The notes below the pieces were generated by a model. That model saw only the letters and a program-made list of their open reading frames with translations. It was not told where the DNA came from and made no database searches. From the NCBI RefSeq assembly GCF_036321535.1, contig NC_087436.1, forward strand, positions 59,336,001-59,400,000: a DNA stretch of 64,000 nucleotides, in the 5' to 3' direction. A program made the translations under genes and the position numbers. How positions within the stretch are numbered: the stretch's first letter is position 1; each line of letters opens with the position of its first letter. The stretch comes from Camelus dromedarius (lineage: Eukaryota). Shown in pieces: positions 39,049-50,514 of the stretch.

Positions 39049-40375
39049 GGAAAAAGCAAGATGGCGGAGTAGGACACTTGTAGCTCACCCTCTCCCACAA
39101 ATACACCAAAACTCACAACTACGGACCCACTCAGCCAACCAGAGCACCTGCTGAACTCCGACAGAACATCACCCTCTTCAAAAGACAAAGATGCCAAAAA
39201 TCTGGTAGAAAAAAGGAAAAAAGAAGGAAGGAAAAGCAAAACAGTGTGGATCGATCCCACGGGGAGGGAGTGGCAAAGGAGGACTGGCACCCGTTCGCTG
39301 GGTCTCCCCTCTCCAACAGAGAGGGCAGTGGGACGGAGGGGGAGCCTCTGAGGCTCAGATCTGCCCCAAGCACCCCTTGACCAACAGAACTGAGTTAAAC
39401 AAGCACAAAGGGTCCCCGCAACACCCAGCCCGAGATGCGAGCCAGCAGCTGGGGCCGGGGCAGGCAGCCGGAGCCAGGCGGAGGACTGGGGCGGCTGCAC
39501 TGAAGCAGCCCCGGGGGACTGCAGGGAGCTGCATGCCGTGGCTGGGAGGGGATACGGAGCAGAACAACCTCAGTCCCCCATAAATTGTGAAAAAAGCAAA
39601 GCAACACGGCTGGTGTGCCCTGGAGGGAGGGGCGTCATAGCCTTTGTCTCCTCAGACCTGCGCCACCATTACTGGCACTTCTCGTGAGAAGAGAGGCAGG
39701 GCTCAGCCACAGCCGCCATATCCTCCTGTGCACAGTGCTGGGACAGGGGTGGGGCCTAGACCTGAATCGGCACCTGGGGGCTCCACAACCTCCCAGGCAG
39801 GACTGAGACTTGTTTACAGCCGGAGGCAGATAGGATCTTTCTACCCTGGCACCTCAGAGAACTCGCGCCACCAAGACAAATAAGGAGCTGAGATTTGGCA
39901 CAGAGCAGAGGCGGGGCCGTTCTGCAGTCATCCCCGAGCCCGCCTTCCGAACGCTGACCTGAGGCGGAGATGGCAGCTGCACAGAGCAGTGGAGCGACCA
40001 ATGCCAGGAAGGAGCAGGCGGCAACCTGCTGGCAGGAACGCAGCACCTGACTACAGTGCTGGGAGAGGGCACGATCTGCCCACTTGCCTCCCCCAGTGCA
40101 GCATCTGACTGCGGCATGGGAGGGGGAGTGACCCGCCCACCCACCGGATAAGAGCTCAGCACCTGACCCATTGTTGGGAGGGGGCGTGATCTGCTAGCTA
40201 ACAGCCACTGGGAGCAGTACAGAAGAGGGCACCAACAGAGGGCCTCTGGAAACAGCAAGCTGAGTTCAGGAAACAGGCTGAAGACACAAAGACCTCTCGA
40301 TAAAATCATTAAGAGCACACCGTCTCCAGGAGAACTAGATAACTGATACGCCTTAAGCCACAGTGCCAGAGAGAT
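39049..40375 (+). promoter_or_regulatory. L1 5'UTR internal promoter (CpG-rich) with YY1 motif
   Basis: CAAGATGGCGG (YY1 consensus) at 39057-39067, right at the element start. It is the only GC/CpG-rich segment in the window. Confidence 0.8.
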
Positions 40376-41271
40376 ATGAGCAATATGAAGAAGCAGAGGA
40401 ACCGCTCCCAATTAAAAGATCAAGAGAAGTCCCCTGAAAGCACGATCAAGGAAATAGACATTGATGACCTACTAGATCAAGATTTCAAAAAAGGAGTGAT
40501 CAAAGTACTGAAGGAACTAAAAGAAATAGTGTTTAGAGATATAAAATATGTCAAAAATGAAATAGAAGCTATAAAAAAGAACCAAGGAGAATTAATAAAC
40601 TCATTTGCTGAGATGAGATCTGACCTAAAGGCTGTACAAAGCAGGCTAGATAATACAGAGGAACGAATAAGTGACCTAGAAGACAGGACAACAGAAAGCA
40701 CCCAATCAGAACAGCTGAAAGAAAAACAAATAAAAAACAATGAAAACAATATAAGGGAGCTATGGGATAATATAAAGCATGCCAATCTACGCATAATAGG
40801 GGTTCCAGAAGGGGAAGAAAGAACAAAGGGGATTGAAAAGGTATTTGAAGAAATCATGACTGAAAACTTCCCAAACCTAAAGGAATCAGATATCCAAGTA
40901 CAGGAGGCTCAGAGGGTCCCAAACAGGAAGAACCCAAATAGACCCACACCAAGACATTATAATCAAGATGGCCAGAGTCAAGGATAAAGAAATGATCCTA
41001 AAGGCAGCAAGAGAAAAACAAAGAGTGAGTTCCAAGGGAACCCCCATAAGGCTCTCAGCTGATTTCTCTACACAAACACTACAGGCCAGAAGGGAGTGGC
41101 AAGATATATTCAAAGTCCTGAATGAAAAAAAGATGCAGCCTAGGATACTCTACCCAGCAAGGCTATCCTTTAGAATAGAAGGAGAGATAAAGAACTTCAC
41201 AGACAAGCAAAAACTAAGAGTTTAGCAACACTAAACCCATGCTAAAAGAAATATTGACAGGTCTACTCTAA
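40376..41271 (+). pseudogene. L1 ORF1p (coiled coil, RRM, CTD), two frameshifts
   Basis: MSNMKKQRN...RLDNTEERISDLEDR...LWDNIKHANLRIIGVPEGEE...AQRVPNRKNPNRPTPRH. Frameshift at ~40958 into ...ILKAAREK...GTPIRLSADFS...PRILYPARLSF. Second shift at ~41217 into FSNTKPMLKEILTGLL* (TAA 41269-41271). Confidence 0.95.
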
Positions 41272-41414
41272 ATAGAAAAGAAGCAGGATGCTACAAAAAT
41301 GAGAAACCCATAACTGGAAAGGAGATAATGGCCATGAATTACAAAAAGAATAAACACAAAATTGTAAAAGAAGACATCTAAATTATTAAGAGTGGGAGAG
41401 GGAAGCAAGGAAAG

Positions 41415-41783
41415 CCATTGTGGAAAACAGTATGGAGATTCCTCAGAAGACTAGGAATAGATTTACCATATGACCCAGGAATCCCACTCCTGGGCATAAA
41501 TCCAGAAGGAACCCTACTTCAAAATGATACCTGCACCCCAATGTTCATAGCAGCACTATTTACAATAGCCAAGACATGGAAACAGCTTAAATGTCCATCA
41601 ACAGATGACTGGATAAAGAAGTGGTGGTATATTTATACGATGGAATACTATCCAGCCATAAAAACTGACAACATAATACCATTTGCAGCAACATGGATGT
41701 TCTTGGAGAATGTCATTCTAAGTGAAGTAAGCCAGAAAGAGAAAGAAAAATACCATATGAGATTGCTCATATGAGGAATCTAA
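41415..41783 (+). pseudogene. L1 ORF2p C-terminal remnant (no EN, RT or CCHC motif)
   Basis: PLWKTVWRFLRRLGIDLPYDPGIPLLGI...[18 protein letters not shown]...YTMEYY...LSEVSQKEKEKYHM, with a premature TGA at 41772-41774. Confidence 0.95.
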
Positions 41784-43764
41784 AAAACAAAACCAAACAA
41801 AGCATAAATACAAAACAGAAACACACTCATAGACATAGAATACAAACTTGTGGTTGCCAAGGGGGTGGGGGGTGGGAAGGGACAGACTGGGGTTTTAAAA
41901 TGCAGAATAGATAAACATGATTATACTGTATAGCACAGGGAAATATAAACAAGATCTTGTGGTAGCTCATAGCAAAAAAAAAAAAAAATGTGACAATGAA
42001 TATATATATGTTCATATATAACTGAAAATTTGTGCTCTACATTAGAATTTGACACATTGTAAAATGACTATTACTCAATAAAAAATGTTTAAAAAAAAAA
42101 AGAAAGACCAATAACAGATTTTAGTATTTGGTAGATAAAATTAATCTGTCATTTCTCTCATGGGTGAAAAGTTGAAGTCAGTAGCTACTGAAAATTCTAC
42201 TGAGATCTCTAAGAAAATGTCATTAATTTACACTGACATTTCTTTCTTATGTGTCCTCAAATATAACATAACTCTCAACTTTTAGATTGTGTTTTTTTTC
42301 AGTCAACATGGTCTAGTAAGATTGAAATCAAGAAATATCAGTACACATGCTATGATAGCTAATTTTGACTTAAGTCATTTTAGCCAAGGAACAGAAAGAA
42401 ATGTAGAAAAAGAATGTTAGAAATATACAGATATCTATATGCATTCAAATATATTATATTCTCTTTATAGTATTTCATTAAAACGTTTCAGGAATAAAAT
42501 AATAAAACTGTGGGTAACATTTAAATTCTCAAAAAAAAAAAAAAGATAGCAGCACTTTTTCCTTATAGCTCTCTGTTAATAAAAAATAACGTGTGCTCTC
42601 CTGGAAGATATTCTATAAATGCAATACAAATGTGCTTTAGGAAAATTACCAGGCACTCTCTTGCTTGCCCTTCATTAGTTTTTCATCCTGGTGGTGTGTT
42701 AAAATCAGTAGGGAGCATATTTATGGTTTGGTACATGGTTATGTAATTGTTTCCCTGTTTCCCCAATTTACTCACTTTTAAAAAAATAGAAACATAGTTT
42801 ATATTGGAGACAGGCAATATTCCTGCGAAATGGATTGAGTTGGGTCCAGCTGTCCTCTTATTTTGACACTCAGCACAGATTTTTAAATAATATATCATCA
42901 TGTCTATATATATCGTACACATATTAAGGTTTTTTTTTTTTAGAAGACTTTCTCTCTCGAAACTCCTAATATGGAATCACAATTTTTCCAGTATTTATTT
43001 GTTCTAAAAACATTATTCAATTTTAATAGTCATTATCATTTTTCTATCCCACTCTGTTTTTCAAACTAAAATACCCCAAGTTTTCTACTTTCCTTCTATA
43101 GATATTAGTTTTCAAATCTTCTAGTGCCTAATATTTAGCACCATTTTGACATATACCAAATGACATCTTGGCTTATAAAGTAGAAAAGTAGAAGAAAAGT
43201 TAGACAGCTAAGGGGCTCTGTCAGAGATGTGCACCAGGATAATAACTATCAAAGTGGGGGTCAGTTATGTTACAGAACTCAGTGCCCCTTGAAATACTTT
43301 GCATTCTGTCGCTCACTATGTAATATAACTTTCAAGTGGTATCTATTTAGGAAAACCAATAATTTTAGATTTTACTGTTGGCAGATAAAGCAAAATGAAT
43401 AAATCTTAATTTTAAAATTTGGCAGTAGGTTATCAAAATTTAAGTGCAGAATATTATAATTAAAATTAACCTCCTCTGGCCTGTTACAAGTAGAAAATGC
43501 AAGTACCTTAATCTAATACAAGTCATATTTCAAGAAAATAAGCATTCTAAAATAGTCACTGTCAGAGTGCTCAAATTATTGAAGCAAATCTCTGAATTTT
43601 GGGCATTTGATTGCCTTTTGTCTAGAATATACTTGAGTAAGCACTAAGTGTCACTCTCTTTCGCTCTCTCTGTCTGAACACACACACATGTAGTTGTCAT
43701 GTATGTGTGTACATTGCATATCCCAGGTATTTTCAAATACGTCACCTCACCTGTTTCTTAAAAT

Positions 43765-43870
43765 ACCTTCATGAGCTAGGTAATATTATCCCCATTTAAC
43801 AGATGACAATGTAAAGGCCCAGAGTGCAGAAATGACTTGCAGAAGGCCTAAGTGTCAATAATTACTAGAG
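43765..43870 (-). mobile_element. MIR fragment
   Basis: TAGGTAATATTATCCCCATTTAACAGATG...GGCCCAGAG...ATGACTTGC. Confidence 0.7.
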
Positions 43871-44336
43871 CAAGTGAGTTTGAAGTTAAGGGATTCAGGT
43901 TGTGCTAAGCTGAGCTAAACTGAGAAATTAAGCACCTCTTTTTTTTTTTTTTTTCATGTAATAAGAGCCTCAAGCTTGAATCACAGGGATTGAAATTTAA
44001 TAATCATATGTTATATAATACTGAGTTAGATTAGAAATGTTTTTGAAAGTTTTCTCTTACAGTACTGTCCAGTTCAGGCAAAGTAAGAAAATCAGAAGTA
44101 TGACTAGAAATTCATAAAAATAATACAAATAAAAATAAGTAAGAATAGATTATTTTCCAATAAAATAAAGAGCTTTCCAATTTTTTAAATTTTAAAAATT
44201 AATTGGAATTTAGGTCATTTGGAGAGAATGAAATACAAATGCATTTTAGGTTATATTAATTAGAACTATGAATTTATACCTACAAGGAGGAAAGTTCTAA
44301 CAGATATAATCCCTTCCTATTTTGTAGTCAGGCCAC

Positions 44337-44395
44337 ATTCATTCATTCACTCAACATATATTCATTGAGTAGCTACAATGTGCAGGCAGTTTCTA
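44337..44395 (-). mobile_element. LINE-2 3' terminus
   Basis: ATTCATTCATTCACTCAACATATATTCATTGAGTAGCTACAATGTGCAGGC. Confidence 0.7.
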
Positions 44396-44514
44396 AATAT
44401 CAGTAATGTGTTCAATTATGGGCCCCTCACTTAAAAAGAAAATTATGCCATCACGCCTTGCATGCCTACCAAGTGCCAGATATTTGCATGCCTAACACAA
44501 ATTACTGTTATTTT

Positions 44515-44925
44515 AGTAATGATAATAGTGAACATTATTGAAACCTTATTTTGTGCTAAACGTATTAAGAGCATCAGTTATTTAAAACTCACAAAAACCT
44601 TACTCAGTGGATGTATTTTTATCCCCATTTTTTAAGAAGTAAACTAAGACACATACATTACATAATTTGCTCAAGGTTTCAGAGCCAGTAAACTCTAAGC
44701 TAAGATTTCAACTCAAGATAGCATCACGGCTGAAGTTTTTACCTTCTACACTGTACCTACTGTTTGTGATCACTTATAAGCACTTTCTATACATCATTTA
44801 TTTTAATCCTCTGAGATTTTCACAATCTTTACAATAATCCCCAAGGCATATCTTATCTTTATTTTACAATGTAGGAAACTGAAGTTTGTGGAAGAGGTTA
44901 AACAACTTGTCTAAAGTCATACATA
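44515..44925 (-). mobile_element. Two adjacent degenerate MIRs
   Basis: ATCCCCATTTTTTAAGAAGTAAACTAAGAC...TAATTTGCTCAAGGT, and TTTTACAATGTAGGAAACTGAAG...AGGTTAAACAACTTGTCTAAAGTCAC. Confidence 0.7.
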
Positions 44926-45319
44926 TCTGCTCAGTTCTCAAATTTACCAAGCAGAACGACATCTGGGCACTTTTTAGCCCTATGTTATTCAGGGTTAGGT
45001 TAAACATATCTTTGGAGTACCAGCAAAATGAAGGTACAAAGAAATGGGCATATGTATTTAATGAATTGTATATTTGCTGTTAATGATTTTAAAAGATCAG
45101 CAATTATTAATGAAGGGAAAAATACCTAGAACTTAATTGGATTCCTTTCTTATTGTCGGTTTATTATTATTTTCATTTGAATTATGTATGTTGGGGAGAT
45201 GAAGTGGACTGTGATAAATCACTAAATTTTCAGTGCTCAGAGCTTCTAAGAATCTTACTCCTACTCTGAAGATCTCATTTTATATTCGTAAAAATTTCAT
45301 GAAGTAGCATTATTTGTGG

Positions 45320-45445
45320 CAGAAGGGAAGCTGAGAAAATTAAATAACTTTTTCAAGTCCACAAGGCTAGTAAGTAGCCAGTATGGAATGTAAACAAAAG
45401 GCATTATGACTCTAAAATCCAAGTTCTTTCCAAGATACCATACTG
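45320..45445 (-). mobile_element. MIR fragment
   Basis: GGAAGCTGAG...AAATAACTTTTCAAGTCCACAAGGCTAGTAAGT...TGACTCTAAAATCCA. Confidence 0.6.
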
Positions 45446-45819
45446 ACAACGAGTCTAGTGAAAAGAAAGTTACTAGGATAATAAGATTTGAAGTCATATC
45501 ATAAGAGAAGCAGTTAAAAGAAATAAATGGATTATCCTGGAGAAGTGAAAACTCAGGGGACTAAAAAAATGACTTCCAATATATTGTCACATGTAAAACA
45601 GATATAAAAATTGCATTATGCCAGTGAGGCAGGATGAACACAAAAGGATGGAAGGAAGAAAGACAGATTTTGAATTAACCTAAGAACTGTTTTGACAGTC
45701 AAAGCTAATACCAGGGACATTTGGACTGGGTGGAGACTGGATAACTATGTTGGTGTGACAGAAAAACTGTACAAGCACTAATGGTAGGGAGCAAGGTAGC
45801 TAGAAGACTGGTATGACTA

Positions 45820-45975
45820 TATTCTGGAATCATCTGGAAAATTACCAAAAAAAAAAAAAAATCTTATGCCTGGGTAGAACTTCCAACAATTGTGATTTAA
45901 TTGGTATGGGGTGTGACCTAGGCATGGGAATTTTTTTTTTTTAACTTCCCAGATAAATGGTTTTAATGTGCAGCA
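45820..45975. mobile_element. MER5B-like hAT-Charlie fragment
   Basis: GAATCATCTGG...ATGCCTGGG...GATTTAATTGGTATGGGGTGTGACCTAGGCAT...TAATGTGCAGC. Confidence 0.7.
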
Positions 45976-46518
45976 AAATTTAACAAAGTGCCTATTACTC
46001 TTGAGAGTCTTTAGGACAATGCCACAAGATGATATAAACCATGAAGTAGGACCATGAACCACAGCAGTTTTGAAAATTGGTTTTTAACAAGGGACCCTCT
46101 TCCACAGCATAATAATTTGAATCCCACAGAGGAGAGTCTTGTCTCTGCCAACTAATCACTTTAAGGCTTGGTTGCTTTATCTCCACAGTGAGACACTAGC
46201 AGGTCTCCCCTTATAGAATGGTTGAGAGGATTAATATAAGATTTAGCACAAAATCTATACAAATAGTAGTTATAACTTGCATGATTAATTCCAGTGAGGT
46301 AAAAAGTACTAGACAGAACTGTATTTTTCTTTCTCTGAGCTCACATGTGGGTGTGTGTGTGTGTGTGCACTGGGGGAGTGATGGGTAGAGAGAACAGCAT
46401 CTTAGGCTGTTGGATGATTATTAACCTCTTTTTCTCTGTAGCTTTCTACTGCATACTTTTCATACCCTTCACTCTTACTCAGAGTGTCATTATTTTTACA
46501 GTGAAAGTGTAAACTTAC

Positions 46519-46634
46519 CAAGGTGATTAAAAGCAACATTGTGTAAGATCTGAGGTCACAGCACTGCTGTATAAACACATCGACTCTAGAAGTTAATCCT
46601 GCTGTGAACTGAATTAATTTTGAAGTTTGTGCCC
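46519..46634 (-). other. Candidate 116-nt exon of an unidentified minus-strand transcript
   Basis: ttgtcagattcacag|GGGCAC...TTTAATCACCTTG|gtaagt. One open frame: (G)AQTSKLIQFTAGLTSRVDVFIQQCCDLRSYTMLLLITL. Product not recognised. Confidence 0.3.
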
Positions 46635-47287
46635 CTGTGAATCTGACAAATAATATACATGAAAGCATAAACATATTTGAACCCTCAACTATCCTTGCTC
46701 TTTGTTTTTAATCTTTTTGCAACTGCTTCTTTTCCCAAATGTTTCTAAGTTGAACAAACTCTCTTTTGTAAGAATACCAAGGTCTTGATCATGTTTGTAT
46801 GGCTCAAACTCTTTGTGAATATCACAGCCTCTTTGAAGACTGTAAGGAAAATGAATGTCAGAAAACTGGCTCACATCAGTGCTTTGAGAACAAATATGCA
46901 TCCCATTTCACTGCAATACAAAATATTTAATTAAAACAAAATCATGAAAGCTATATTTTTGTTTTTAAATAACAGAACAAGTCCCTTGAATATGTATCTT
47001 TAAGATAACATTCATAGAGCATTTCACTTCCATCATGATACTTTAGAATCTTGCCTCCATCTAGACTTTTTTAATGCTGTATAGCTTTCAATTATCCTCA
47101 TATTTTCATTTTTTTAATTTCTTTAATCTTTTTTTAATTTTCCCAAACCTCTTTTTTACTTACAATGTGCAATTAATTTTTGTATCAAGTTTAATTTAGA
47201 TTTCATTTGCACCATCTTTTCAGAATTTAAAATCATTTTCAGCAATAGTTCTTAGGTTCCTGTTTCCTAGACCTATGTAATGGAAGA

Positions 47288-47460
47288 GACATAGTGTTGT
47301 GATTATGGATACATGGTTTCTTATTTTGTCTCTCTCAATATATTGGTGACGCTAGACAATTTAAACTCTCTCTACCTCATTTTCTCATTTGTAAATTGAT
47401 TAAATGAATTATATTTGTAAAGTGCTTGGAATATTATCTGGTGTTTAGTAAGGACTGTAT
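47288..47460 (+). mobile_element. MIR SINE
   Basis: GCATAGTG-like start, CTCTCTCTACCTCATTTTCTCATTTGTAAA...GTAAAGTGCTTGGAATA. Confidence 0.7.
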
Positions 47461-47842
47461 ATATAAGCATGATGGATTTATTTTTGCATATCAGCATAGG
47501 GCCTGTCATATAATAAGTAGTCAATGAATAAATTTGAGGTCAGTTACTTATATGTGCAACTAATTATCTGTATGATTTTAAATAATCACAATCTCTTTGA
47601 GCTTCAATAACTTCACTTTAAATGCAGATTATAATGCCTACTTTGTATCACAGGATTGAAAAAACAATCGAGTGTTGTAATATGAGACATTAATTAAAAC
47701 AAACTAAAGTGCTTTAAAAATGCAAGTTATTATTAAATATTGTTATTAACTCAACTTATCTGTAATATATTTTCATGTGTTAGGCAGAAAGGAGTTTGCT
47801 TAACCCAGGAAGCATATCATTGTGAAAGAGATGAAATCCTTC

Positions 47843-48488
47843 TCTTAGAGCAGGCAAATAGCTAGATATAAGCAGAGAAGGGAATGTAGGCCAAAATGGC
47901 AGGAAATGGGCAGAAAGGAGACGCACGGGGCCCAATGCAGGAAACTCTACGCAATGAAAGCACCAGGGGTCCCTGGGCAGAGAAAGAAAAGCAGCAATCT
48001 CTGGGCTGATAAGTTGTCACACATTTTGAGGTGACAAGTGGCCTGGAGGCCAAAAAAGAAAGGTAGAAAAAGGCAGAAATCTCGTGTCTGAATGTAACTT
48101 TTGCTCATTATGCCCTCATTTCAATAAAATTAGCCTTGCAGATTAGAAGTACTGATCATGCACCAACACCACGACACTTCTAATCCAGACTAAGGACAAA
48201 ACTCCCTCCTCCCTTCAGGAAGGTGGAGTTGGGATGAAAATTAGGGAATAGAATCCCCAACCCCTCCTTCTCCCAATAACTATTCCACCTGTTCATTTTT
48301 ACACTACATGTAATCAACGTACAAAAACAAAAACACTCAGGGAAGCTGCTCACCTGAGCCTGTTTGCTCTCCACTTGAGTGTACTATCCATCCCTTGATA
48401 AATCCCTACTTTACTTTCTTAGCCTCCATGTCTTGTCTCTGAATTCTTTCTGCCACAAGAAGAGTGTTGCGAGTCACCACCAGCAACA
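47843..48488 (+). mobile_element. ERV solo LTR, 646 bp (family copy 2), 4-bp TSD
   Basis: T(C)TTAGAGCAGGCAAATAGCTAGATAT...CACCAGCAACA. TSD CTTC (47839-47842 / 48489-48492). Collinear with 35507-36151. Confidence 0.92.
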
Positions 48489-50514
48489 CTTCCAGGGAGA
48501 GGATGTTATGTCCCAAAAATACTTTCTGAAAATACTGCTGACAAAAATTGTTTTATATTACATTTTATTGCATCTTATTGTGCATAAAATATTAGCTATT
48601 CAAAGTTTTTAAAAGGGTTATCTTAAGTAGATTTTAGTGCATTATAATTCTGTGTATGGTCAACCTTTGTCTCTCACATTGTGAGAGAATTTCTTTCCAC
48701 TCAACTGACTCCAAATGATCACAAATTCTGAATTACCGACAACTGAAGTAGTAAAATTCATTAAACAATTATAGCATTTGTCCAGTATAAAACAGAGTGA
48801 TAATAGACAATTATATAGTTTAATATAGTGGGTATCACGTCTCACTTTTCACTGATAGCCTCACCTGTTTCTTTCTTATTTTTCTTTTGGAAAATGATGC
48901 CTCACTAAAGCAAAATCATTCATTGTGAACAGCTTCCAGTTAAATGCAGAAATATTAAAATAAATCTTTTCTTTCCAGAAATATTTCTCAGAGTAAAGTT
49001 ATAGCTCAATAAGGAAGACATATTTCCACCTTAAAGTTAGCACTAAATATTTTACTTGTGGTCTCTTGGTCCATTTGCAGCTCATATAGAAGAAACATTT
49101 GCATGTCTACAGTGGGCATTTAACACTAAAGGGAACCATTCTATTCAAAACAAGTTGAATGTTTTCTTCACAAATATCCAAATCTAAATTTAAGCACACT
49201 ATGAGGTTACAGAACAAAAAGGTTTTTTTTTTATGTGTCGTTAGTCTTTTTCATTATTCCAAATTTTAATTTATTGTGGGAAAAACACTTAAAACAAGAT
49301 CTATTTAAAAAATGTTTAAGTATACAAGACACTGTTGTTGACCACAGGTACAATGTTTTATAACAGATCTCTAGAGGAAGTTTTTATTTTTTGTATCTTT
49401 ATATTTCAAAATTTTTGGTTTGTTTGTTTGATTTTAAGAGATCATTTAACCATTTTGGAATAAATATGCTCACCTGCCTGCTTTACATTAGGATATGGCT
49501 TTAGATTTGCAGAAATGTGTGTGTGCGCATGTGTGTGCATGTCAGTGTGTATTCAAACCTTTTTGAAATCACATAATACAAACAGAGTAGGCAAGTTGAA
49601 CCATGAATACTAAAATACATATTTCATGTTGAGCTCAGCTTGATGTTCAAAGGGTTTAGGATTAATTACTACATGAATTTTCTCTGAAAAAAATGAAACA
49701 AATACTTGGTTGTGACTTCTGTTACCTACTCTGCGACAGTCAACTACTTTGGGACATGTCAGAATTTATTAGGATAAAATAAAAGCTAAGAAGAAGTTAA
49801 TTGTTTTCTATAACATTACAATATTCTTTTCTGTTGTATTTTTAATAACAATTGTATTCATCACTTTATCCATAGTAAATGGTAACAGTATTTGGGGGCT
49901 ACAGGGATGCTTTTACAAACATAATAATTTACAGTAAAACAAGATTTCTCTCTTAAAATGTATAGATAGCCTGAAATATTGACAAGTCTCCTTAAAGTGA
50001 CAGAAAATATTTCTCAGTTTTTAGTAGTATATCACAATTAATATACCTGACCAAAAAATATGTCATCCAGAACGGAGTTTGTTTAGTCCAGGAAGCATAG
50101 CATGGGGGAAAACATGATCTCCTCCCAGGAAGAGGATGTTCAGTTACAAGAATACTGCCCCACAGGCTTATTTTTAGCATAATGTCACTTAATATCAAAA
50201 TCAAACAACAAATTCCTTCTTTAATTAACATGCTCACTAAGCCATTTTGATTACAATTTGGCTTCCTTTGTGCCACCCACGTGGAAACAAGGTTGAATAA
50301 TTTATCTGCTCCCCTAGTACTGTTAGCATTCTTATTGTGCATGGGTAAATTAGAATCCTGAATTTATACATCAAGTGCAGGGACTCATTTTCATGTGAGT
50401 CTGCCTATGAGTGATGGATCTGCTCTGGGAGTGCTAAAAGCTTTTCATTCTACAGGCTGATCATTGACACCTGAACTTCTGAAAAATCATGATCAACTGT
50501 GACATTCCCCTAAT

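Larger units (their letters stand above)
39049..42102 (+). mobile_element. Young L1-derived element with 5'UTR, ORF1, 3'UTR and poly(A), lacking nearly all of ORF2 (HAL1-like or internally deleted L1)
   Basis: Perfect 15-bp TSD AAAGACCAATAACAG (39034-39048 and 42103-42117), TTTC/AAAG endonuclease-type site, AATAAA at 42077 plus A tail. ORF1 and the ORF2 C-terminal remnant are only about 140 bp apart. Confidence 0.96.

Noticed and set aside
39027..40411. Long antisense ORFs (157 and 185 aa) in the L1 5'UTR as an ORF0-like gene
   Set aside because: GC-rich sequence is stop-poor, the tracked starts are non-ATG, and there is no recognisable homology.
40477..41113. Minus-strand ORFs over ORF1
   Set aside because: Antisense shadows of the L1 ORF1 coding sequence.
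35507..48488. A single provirus bounded by the two related LTRs (interior about 8.6 kb after removing the L1)
   Set aside because: No primer-binding site, polypurine tract or gag/pol/env similarity is visible. The interior holds much older MIR, L2 and MER5 relics. Copy 2 has its own TSD, and the outer flanks do not match each other.
48670..48688. 9-bp inverted repeat TCTCTCACA-T-TGTGAGAGA
   Set aside because: Arm length is within chance expectation for 64 kb.
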